From: a virus
Strand: one strand, 5' to 3'
Virus record (IMG/VR): IMGVR_UViG_3300029593_000033
DNA: 21,971 bases
Shown: positions 16,520 through 21,971 of the stretch, in pieces
Layout of the letters: each line of letters opens with the position of its first letter
How positions within the stretch are numbered: the stretch's first letter is position 1
The notes under the pieces: model-generated
What the model saw: only the letters and a program-made list of their open reading frames with translations
Database searches by the model: none
Told to the model about the DNA's origin: nothing
Program-made: the position numbers and the translations under genes

Positions 16520-16837
16520 CTAATGAATAAAAATCAAACATAAAATCCAAAACAAAACAAAAATCAATCTCAAAAACCAATCTTTCTTTGATGATTTTCC
16601 CTTTTTTGCTTTTTCATGAACTTCACAACATTGTGAACATGCCTTTCTATATGCTTTCTCAAGGTCAAGGGCTTTCAACAAATTGTTTGTGAATTCGCTT
16701 GTGATGGGCTTTTGTCCCTGTTCAAGCTTCTGAATGTAGGTTTCAGAATATCCAACCAAGCCCGCAAATTCTGCCTGTGTCATTCCTTTCCTTTTCCTAA
16801 TCTTCCGCAATTTTTCAATTGTCAAAATCTCTTTCAT
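16520..16837 (-). CDS. XRE/Cro-type HTH regulator with a Cys cluster and a C-terminal hydrophobic tail.
   Basis: LRKIRKRKGMTQAEFAGLVGYSETYIQKLEQGQKP is a classic HTH_3. Then CSQCCEVHE, a K-rich linker and FLRLIFVLFWILCLIFIH. Confidence 0.55.
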   Translation of the reverse strand: MKEILTIEKLRKIRKRKGMTQAEFAGLVGYSETYIQKLEQGQKPITSEFTNNLLKALDLEKAYRKACSQCCEVHEKAKKGKSSKKDWFLRLIFVLFWILCLIFIH

Positions 16838-17027
16838 TCTTTTTCACTCCCTCTTCAATTTTAATAATATTGTTTTTTATGGTCAAAAGGTTGGCAAAAT
16901 CAACCGCAATTCTGAAGCTGTCATATTCACCACCCATTTCAATGATATAGTCCTTCTTTTTCCCTGTTGGGTCTTTGTAGATATTCAAGAAGCACCCTTT
17001 CTTTTTATTCATCATCAGTTCTTCCAC
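16815..17027 (-). CDS. Hypothetical 70-aa protein.
   Basis: ORF only. Confidence 0.3.
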   Translation of the reverse strand: MEELMMNKKKGCFLNIYKDPTGKKKDYIIEMGGEYDSFRIAVDFANLLTIKNNIIKIEEGVKKNERDFDN

Positions 17028-17583
17028 CCATTAAAATATATTCTGCAATAAATTCTTCATTTTGCTTCATTCCTCGCATTTTATGGTCACCAAGCAAGAA
17101 TGTATGCATTGAAGGAAAACCCAATTTCACAAGGGCTTTTCCCAATTTATTTGCTAACATAGGATTGAAAGCAATTGTTCCTTGTTCCTTTACTTCTACA
17201 CCCCAAACATCAGGCATTTTTTCAAATTTTAATATTTCAGGTTGTTGAAAACTCAATGTGAATGGTCTTTCATTATAAAATGTTGCAACAGTTCCAACCA
17301 ATGCATCATCTGAAAAAATTGTTGCATTCATTACATGATTTTCTTCTTTTTTGTTATACTTCAAAACTTTTTTTAATAAAACAGGAATTTGCAAAACAAA
17401 ATTTCCTTCAAAATTAAAGTCACCTTGTGTTGGATACACTTTCAAGGCAATATGTCCATCAGTAGCAAAGAAAACAGGGCTTTCCCCTTCTTCACCAAAT
17501 ACAAATATATTGTCTAAATCTCTATCATTTCCCGCAATTTCAGCAAGTGCAAGAATTATTCTATTGTCAACAGTTATTTCCAT
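17005..17583 (-). CDS. Hypothetical 192-aa early protein. A replication or recombination role is possible but unsupported.
   Basis: ORF. No motif recognised. Confidence 0.35.
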   Translation of the reverse strand: MEITVDNRIILALAEIAGNDRDLDNIFVFGEEGESPVFFATDGHIALKVYPTQGDFNFEGNFVLQIPVLLKKVLKYNKKEENHVMNATIFSDDALVGTVATFYNERPFTLSFQQPEILKFEKMPDVWGVEVKEQGTIAFNPMLANKLGKALVKLGFPSMHTFLLGDHKMRGMKQNEEFIAEYILMGGRTDDE

Positions 17584-17585
17584 GA

Positions 17586-17798
17586 TTAAATTTCCTTTAC
17601 ATATAAATATTTTTTAAACCTTACATCATCACCAAATCTGTTTGTTCTGACAATCCATTCATCATTGATGATATGTTTCTTTCTTAATACAAATATAATT
17701 GCAGAAAGCCTTGTTGTCCCATATTCTGTGAAGGCTTCAAAACTTGTGATGCTTTTATATTGCTTTAGGTGTCGCAACACTTCCGCTTGTAATGTCAT
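17586..17798 (-). CDS. HTH_39-like winged-helix DNA-binding protein (70 aa).
   Basis: VLRHLKQYKSITSFEAFTEYGTTRLSAIIFVLRKKHIIN matches the vL..L...gsiT.lEA....g.tRLsArI.dLRk.G..I consensus. Strong RBS AGGGAAGGA before ATG 17798. Confidence 0.55.
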   Translation of the reverse strand: MTLQAEVLRHLKQYKSITSFEAFTEYGTTRLSAIIFVLRKKHIINDEWIVRTNRFGDDVRFKKYLYVKEI

Positions 17799-18015
17799 TT
17801 TTTCCTTCCCTTTCAAAATTTTCTTCATTGAATAATGTTTTCAGGGCTTTATTCACCCGCCCTGTGGGTTTGTAATTGTCAACAAATACCCCAATGGGTA
17901 AACTGTCAACAAACATCAATTCATCTGTGAAATATACCACATCAAGGATTTCTGAAGCCCTCAAAACAATCACTGTTTCGCCCCATTCACTCTTGAATTC
18001 TTGTCCCTCTCTCAT
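17755..18015 (-). CDS. Hypothetical 86-aa protein.
   Basis: ORF. GGTGGTGA RBS before ATG 18015. Confidence 0.35.
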   Translation of the reverse strand: MREGQEFKSEWGETVIVLRASEILDVVYFTDELMFVDSLPIGVFVDNYKPTGRVNKALKTLFNEENFEREGKNDITSGSVATPKAI

Positions 18016-18105
18016 GCTTCACCACCATTTCAATAATTTCAAACAATCTTTCCAAACCTTCAACAACAACTTTTTGTTGAAATCTTTTTATTTCAGTTTC
18101 ATTGT

Positions 18106-18342
18106 TCACTTGGTATATATAAAGAAACTTTTGGTCATTTCTTGCCAATTTTCCAATGTGTCCGAACTTTTTTTTCCGTTGTTATCAAATACATTTTTTC
18201 TCCTCTCGTATTCTTCAACAATTTCTTTTGTTGGCTCTATCGGGCAAATGAACTTGGTTTCATAATCGTTTTCACCATAGGTCTTGCCAATTGCCCAAAC
18301 TTCACCATCTTCATCATATCCTTTGAATATTGCTGTTTTCAT
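18106..18342 (-). CDS. Hypothetical 78-aa protein. Contains an A9 homopolymer in its coding sequence.
   Basis: ORF from internal ATG 18342 with GGGGA upstream. Confidence 0.3.
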   Translation of the reverse strand: MKTAIFKGYDEDGEVWAIGKTYGENDYETKFICPIEPTKEIVEEYERRKNVFDNNGKKSSDTLENWQEMTKSFFIYTK

Positions 18343-18343
18343 G

Positions 18344-18550
18344 TTACCAAATCCCCAATATTTTTGTTTCAACCAACAACAAAGCAAATAAAATCATAAA
18401 ACATTCAGTTTTTGTGAATTTCTTCACCATTTTTTCGCCTTGATGCCATCTTCTTTGAAATGCTTCCCATTCTTCATTTGTGAAGCCTTCTTCCTTTACT
18501 TCGTGCCATTTTCCATTGATTGCATCTTGTGTATATTTCTTGAATTCCAT
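18344..18550 (-). CDS. Hypothetical 68-aa protein with a C-terminal hydrophobic segment.
   Basis: ORF from ATG 18550. C-terminus CFMILFALLLVETKILGIW. Confidence 0.3.
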   Translation of the reverse strand: MEFKKYTQDAINGKWHEVKEEGFTNEEWEAFQRRWHQGEKMVKKFTKTECFMILFALLLVETKILGIW

Positions 18551-18551
18551 T

Positions 18552-18869
18552 TTAACATTCCCCCAAAAGTTCAATAATTGCATTTAAAACATTTTCATTT
18601 TCAATCAAAGAATAAAAAGTTTCATAATCAGCATTTTTCAATTCTTCAATCAATTCATCTTTTGCATCTTCAAAGGCTTGGTCTTTATCTTGCAAAACAT
18701 CATCACGAACACAAACAGAACCAACACCAACATCAACAAAATCTTTGTCATGCCCTTGGTAATATTTACCCCCGCAACCTTCATTCAAATCTAATTCAAG
18801 CAAATTATCCCTTCGCTTTATTATCTCACCCCGCAAGGCTTCAACAAATACATTCTTCAAATTTTCCAT
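18552..18869 (-). CDS. Small highly acidic protein (105 aa, about 26 D/E against 12 K/R/H).
   Basis: Composition counted from the translation. It is the second gene of the operon after the promoter at about 19360. Confidence 0.4.
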   Translation of the reverse strand: MENLKNVFVEALRGEIIKRRDNLLELDLNEGCGGKYYQGHDKDFVDVGVGSVCVRDDVLQDKDQAFEDAKDELIEELKNADYETFYSLIENENVLNAIIELLGEC

Positions 18870-18892
18870 TTTTCCTTCCTTTCTTATGTTGA

Positions 18893-18913
18893 AGGGGCGG
18901 GGTTTCCGCCCCT
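18893..18913. other. Perfect 8-bp GC hairpin (AGGGGCGG-ggttt-CCGCCCCT) between the first and second genes of the operon.
   Basis: Read directly. On the minus transcript it has no U tract, so it is not a canonical terminator there. On the plus strand it is followed by a T-rich segment. Confidence 0.5.
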
Positions 18914-18918
18914 GTGTT

Positions 18919-19299
18919 TTAATACTTCGCCAACATTTCCTTCATAAATTTTGCATCTTTTCCTTCTGCTTCATATTCTTTGATTGTTTCTTCAATTGCC
19001 TTTTTCATTTCCGCTTTTTCTTCTTCGCTGATTTTTGGGGCTTCAGGCTTTTTCAACTTTTCACCTTTCATATTTTCACCCCTGAAAAAATGTGCAACTT
19101 CTTCATCAGTCAAAAAGCGAATTCCATTCATTGCCAAGAAGTCTTTGTTCACCTTTGCTTCTTCATAAGAAACAAAAACCAAATCTTCTTTTGTGCAATT
19201 TAAACCACCTTGACAATGTGGGATTAATGCACCTTTAGTGTTTAACATTCTTACAACACCACCATTGCAATCAATAACATTTCCAATATATTTTTTCAT
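18919..19299 (-). CDS. Hypothetical 126-aa protein. It is the first gene after the duplicated early promoter.
   Basis: ORF with an acidic/K-rich C-terminus. Confidence 0.35.
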   Translation of the reverse strand: MKKYIGNVIDCNGGVVRMLNTKGALIPHCQGGLNCTKEDLVFVSYEEAKVNKDFLAMNGIRFLTDEEVAHFFRGENMKGEKLKKPEAPKISEEEKAEMKKAIEETIKEYEAEGKDAKFMKEMLAKY

Positions 19300-19324
19300 T
19301 TTGATTTCCTTTCATATCTGTTGA

Positions 19325-19395
19325 ACATATCTATTATATACACCATATATTTTTAAAAGTCAACATATTTTTTCATATTTTTTCATATTTATTCA
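19325..19395 (-). promoter_or_regulatory. Sigma70-like promoter on the minus strand: TTGACT, 17 nt, TG-TATATAAT. Upstream are two phased ATATGAAAAAA repeats. This 30-bp module is near-identical to the one at 21566-21598.
   Basis: The reverse complement of 19325-19395 reads GTGAATAAATATGAAAAAATATGAAAAAATATGTTGACTTTTAAAAATATATGGTGTATATAATAG. Confidence 0.55.
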
Positions 19396-19422
19396 CAATC
19401 AAAACAAAAAGCCTTGGTTTTC

Positions 19423-19632
19423 TTACATTTTCAACCTTTCAATAATTCGGTCAAATGCATCTTTGTCCCAATGGTCATTCTTAAGTCTTTTCAATTCTTC
19501 AATGGTTTGCATGTTTAAATAAATCACATCTCTAATCCCTTTTTGATAGCCTTCACCAAAAGACTCTGTTTTTTCATAGTTGAACCATTGCTTTTTCATT
19601 ATAACTAAATTAAATATTTTTATCTTTTCCAT
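19423..19632 (-). CDS. Hypothetical 69-aa protein.
   Basis: ORF only. Confidence 0.3.
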   Translation of the reverse strand: MEKIKIFNLVIMKKQWFNYEKTESFGEGYQKGIRDVIYLNMQTIEELKRLKNDHWDKDAFDRIIERLKM

Positions 19633-20045
19633 TTGTTTTTCCTTCCCTCGTTTTCATAGCGGTTTCCCAAAAGTTCCAATTTCACATCATCTTCATTCAA
19701 ATATGAATAAGGAATTTCAATCTTTCCTGCATCAACCCGCAAGATGAAACCGCCCATGTTGTTGAACCATTTTATAATTCCATTCACCTTGTTGATGTGG
19801 TCAAAAACATAATCTTCTGCATATAGAGGTTTCCCCTTGATGTCCTTTTGTCCTGTCCACATGTTTATTTCAACAAAGTTCTTTCTTCTCCTGTCCTTTT
19901 GGTTGATTTTCTTTTTGTAGTGGGTCAAATTACCTTCTTGGTCTAATTTATACCCCTTGAATGCAAACTTTGTGAAAACTTGTCTGCCCCCAACTTTTTT
20001 GAACTCTGCAATTCTGAACATTTTCCCTTCCCTAAAAAATGCCAT
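19620..20045 (-). CDS. Hypothetical 141-aa basic protein. The start is uncertain because the ORF overlaps the upstream gene by about 100 nt.
   Basis: ORF. No motif recognised. Confidence 0.3.
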   Translation of the reverse strand: MAFFREGKMFRIAEFKKVGGRQVFTKFAFKGYKLDQEGNLTHYKKKINQKDRRRKNFVEINMWTGQKDIKGKPLYAEDYVFDHINKVNGIIKWFNNMGGFILRVDAGKIEIPYSYLNEDDVKLELLGNRYENEGRKNKWKR

Positions 20046-20386
20046 TTCATCAAATCCATCACTCTTTCATATTGCCCGCTTCTTCTCCATAATGCAAGGG
20101 CAAATTCTTCAGGTTTCACAATTCCATGTTTTTGAAAATATGCTTTGTCATTTCCAAAGGCATGTGCTTCCGCATGATGCTTTGGGCAAACAGGCAAACA
20201 AAACCTGTCATCTGACTTTGTTCCCATTCCCTTTGATTTCACCTTTGGAAACATCAAACCTTCTGTTTCTTTGGTTGCTGTCAAATATTCCCTATCAACT
20301 CGCAACAAGTGATGATGTGTGCTTTCATATCTTCCACATACAACACAAGGCAAGCTGTCAATGAATTTCAAGTGTTTTTGTGTCAT
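19943..20386 (-). CDS. DUF968-like Cys/His zinc-binding protein (putative HNH-like nuclease).
   Basis: LPCVVCGRYESTHHHLL...KSDDRFCLPVCPKHHAEAHAFG matches the CxxC...HHH...C.P.C..HH..H pattern of DUF968 prophage proteins. Confidence 0.45.
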   Translation of the reverse strand: MTQKHLKFIDSLPCVVCGRYESTHHHLLRVDREYLTATKETEGLMFPKVKSKGMGTKSDDRFCLPVCPKHHAEAHAFGNDKAYFQKHGIVKPEEFALALWRRSGQYERVMDLMKWHFLGKGKCSELQSSKKLGADKFSQSLHSRGIN

Positions 20387-20390
20387 CTTC

Positions 20391-20561
20391 TCAACTCTCC
20401 ATGATTTTCACAAATGTTTTTTCTGCCTGCAACTTTCCTTCAATCATTGCTTTTGCAAACATTCCCCCATTTTCTTCAATAGCTTCAAGCAAAGTTTTAT
20501 ATACTTTGATTTTGATTTTTGCTTCTTCAATCATCTGTTTTTTCTTTTCTTCTGTCTTCAT
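20391..20561 (-). CDS. Small 56-aa helical, K/E-rich protein. Its ATG lies 2 nt after the exonuclease stop.
   Basis: ATG at 20559-20561 on the minus strand, with AAGGGGA upstream inside the exonuclease 3' end. Confidence 0.35.
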   Translation of the reverse strand: MKTEEKKKQMIEEAKIKIKVYKTLLEAIEENGGMFAKAMIEGKLQAEKTFVKIMES

Positions 20562-20562
20562 C

Positions 20563-21498
20563 TTACATTTCCCCTTGTAATAATTCATAAGACGACTGCG
20601 GGAAGTCCGCATCTGTGAAAATAAGGTCTTCCGCACCAACTTCAACATCTTGAAGCCATGCTGACTTTGAACCGAATTTTTCCATGTATTCTTTGAAGAT
20701 GTTTTCCGCCTGTGCAATCTGCTTTTCACCTAATCGCCAAAGGTCGGGGCATCTATCCTTCAAAAACACCTTCAGGGCTGTTTGTGGCAATTCTCTATTC
20801 ACAAAAACCGCCATTGTCATCAAATCTTCTGTTCCCCTCATGGATTCCCAAAAGACAATCTGTTCATCTGTTCCATAAACAGGCAATTCACTATTCAAAG
20901 CAAACAAAACCGCTCTTTTATAATATATCAATTGAAGGTAAACCCTGAAACTGAAAAAGTATTGTGAAACAAAGCTTGCAAGCGGGCTTTTTTTCGTTTT
21001 CAAGAATGTTTTCAAATCCAAGATTGAATTTTGTTTCAGGTAGTCAATGCGGGCTTTTCTCTTGATGCCGTCTTCAGTCCAAAAGATTGAAACTTCAGGG
21101 AAACCGCCTTGAAATATATTGCAATCAAGCAATTGCCCTTCTTCTTTCAAATATTCGCAAATCAAATTGAACTTCTTGAATTTTGCCTGTGAAATCACTT
21201 CCAATGTTTGGGCTGATTTCCAAATCCTGTATTCTGAACAATTTTTGTTCAATACCTCTATTTCAGGCGGTGTGACTTTGAATTTGTTGTGGAAATTTTC
21301 GCCTTCCAATATCATTGCATGAAATATTTTGCCATCTGTCATTGCTTCGCTTGGCTTTTCTTCCCGCAATGGGTTCATGTTTGAATTGAACCAATAAAAT
21401 GTTGGGTTGTCTAATATGTCCCTAATTCCTGAAGAACTCAATCTTTTCTCATTGTGATAAACTTCATCAGGCAAATTGAAATATATTCCATCTTCCAT
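20563..21498 (-). CDS. RecB-family PD-(D/E)XK exonuclease (RecE/Cas4/DUF3799-like).
   Basis: Motif I GKIFHAMILE, motif II RIDYL, motif III ILDLKT and the QxxxY motif YLQLIYYK. The N-terminal YH...LSSSG is typical of phage RecE-like proteins. GAGGTG RBS. Confidence 0.6.
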   Translation of the reverse strand: MEDGIYFNLPDEVYHNEKRLSSSGIRDILDNPTFYWFNSNMNPLREEKPSEAMTDGKIFHAMILEGENFHNKFKVTPPEIEVLNKNCSEYRIWKSAQTLEVISQAKFKKFNLICEYLKEEGQLLDCNIFQGGFPEVSIFWTEDGIKRKARIDYLKQNSILDLKTFLKTKKSPLASFVSQYFFSFRVYLQLIYYKRAVLFALNSELPVYGTDEQIVFWESMRGTEDLMTMAVFVNRELPQTALKVFLKDRCPDLWRLGEKQIAQAENIFKEYMEKFGSKSAWLQDVEVGAEDLIFTDADFPQSSYELLQGEM

Positions 21499-21529
21499 TT
21501 TTGCACCTCAAAATAATGTTGAAAACAAA

Positions 21530-21563
21530 TCCTTTATAATTCCCATTTTTTTAATTGTCAACA
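21530..21563 (-). promoter_or_regulatory. Early promoter on the minus strand: TTGACA, 17 nt, TATAAA. It drives the exonuclease operon.
   Basis: The reverse complement of 21530-21563 reads TGTTGACAATTAAAAAAATGGGAATTATAAAG. Confidence 0.55.
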
Positions 21564-21565
21564 CC

Positions 21566-21620
21566 TAATATGAAAAAATATGAAAAAGTATGTTGACAAA
21601 TTAAAACAATTAGTGTATAT
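21566..21620 (+). promoter_or_regulatory. Early promoter on the plus strand: phased A-tract repeats ATATGAAAAAATATGAAAAAG, then TTGACA, 17 nt, TG-TATATA. It drives the coiled-coil/RHH operon and diverges from the minus-strand promoter.
   Basis: Read directly. The two -35 hexamers form a 9-bp inverted repeat TTGTCAACA / TGTTGACAA 27 bp apart. Confidence 0.55.
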
Positions 21621-21660
21621 ATTAAAATGTATTTAATTTTTAACATGGAAGGAAAACACA

Positions 21661-21971
21661 ATGAAAGATTTTCAAGCAATAGTTCAGCCCATTGAAATCA
21701 AAGCAAGGGTTTATCTCAACAAAATGAATGAAGCCAAAATTGAAAATGAAGCTGACAAGGAAAATGCGGTGATAATGTTGAAAGAAATTTCTGACTATAA
21801 AAAAGCAATAAAGAAACAGGAAGATGAACTTTCATCAGATGCAAAGAAAGAACTTGCAGAAATAAAGGCAATGTTTAATGAACCCAAATCATTTTTGAAT
21901 GATGCTGAAGAAATTGTTCGTGGCAAGATAAATCATTTCTTGAATGAACAAAAAGCAAGAATGGAAGCTGA
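21661..21971 (+). CDS. 5' part of a 240-aa plus-strand coiled-coil protein. The ORF continues in frame into bases 2-502 across the circular junction. Function unknown. It is the first gene of the plus-strand early transcript.
   Basis: ATG at 21661 is preceded by GGAAGGAAAA and by a sigma70-like promoter (TTGACA 21592-21597, 17-nt spacer, TATATA 21615-21620). The reading frame is continuous with ORF 14..502 via the terminal repeat. Confidence 0.6.
   Translation, partial: MKDFQAIVQPIEIKARVYLNKMNEAKIENEADKENAVIMLKEISDYKKAIKKQEDELSSDAKKELAEIKAMFNEPKSFLNDAEEIVRGKINHFLNEQKARMEA
21882..21971. repeat. Second copy of the 90-bp terminal repeat (the same sequence as 1-90).
   Basis: Exact identity with bases 1-90. 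Confidence 0.9.

Noticed and set aside
21555-21598. TTGTCAACA / TGTTGACAA inverted repeat as a single palindromic operator
   Set aside because: The half-sites are about 36 bp centre-to-centre, too far apart for one dimer. Each half coincides with a -35 hexamer of a divergent promoter, which explains it more simply. It is kept as a promoter feature.
1-21971. tRNA genes, integrase/attP, reverse transcriptase/DGR near the tail fibre
   Set aside because: No tRNA-like T-arm or acceptor motifs were seen. No tyrosine or serine recombinase motifs and no RT motifs (YxDD) appear in any ORF.

Overview
The window is essentially one complete, circularly closed or terminally redundant genome of a small tailed phage. 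Bases 1-90 are identical to 21882-21971, so the unit length is about 21,881 bp. The sequence is AT-rich, about 35% GC by eye. Shine-Dalgarno-like motifs (GGAGG, AGGGAAGGA, GGGTGA) precede most genes. Almost every gene is on the minus strand, running from a divergent promoter region at about 21500-21660 down to a lysis cassette at about 880-1900. The minus strand carries three blocks. (1) Early genes at 21498-19423: a RecB-family PD-(D/E)XK exonuclease, a DUF968/HNH-like Zn-finger protein and small unknowns. (2) A second early/middle block at 19299-16093, driven by a copy of the same promoter module: small acidic and membrane-tailed proteins, an HTH_39-like and an XRE-like regulator, and a MazG-like pyrophosphohydrolase, ending in a clean intrinsic terminator. 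(3) A lambda-like head module: TerS, TerL, portal, a putative protease or morphogenesis protein, scaffold, a DUF2190-like decoration protein, major capsid protein (MCP) and head-tail adaptor. It is joined to a P2/Mu-like contractile-tail and baseplate module: sheath and tube candidates, a G/GT chaperone pair with a U9 -1 frameshift site, a 319-aa tape measure, V/W/J/I-like baseplate proteins, a tail fibre with a collar-domain motif and a Tfa-type assembly chaperone. These are followed by holin, SleB-type endolysin and a spanin-like membrane protein. Only two genes are on the plus strand. A 240-aa coiled-coil protein wraps around the window ends and carries three perfect 27-bp tandem repeats. 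A 53-aa ribbon-helix-helix (RHH) protein is translationally coupled to it. The pair sits in a 'moron' position between the lysis cassette and the early promoter and ends at a bidirectional GC hairpin. No DNA polymerase, primase, helicase, integrase, tRNA or CRISPR array is recognisable. All functional calls come from reading motifs in the translations and carry the uncertainty that implies.
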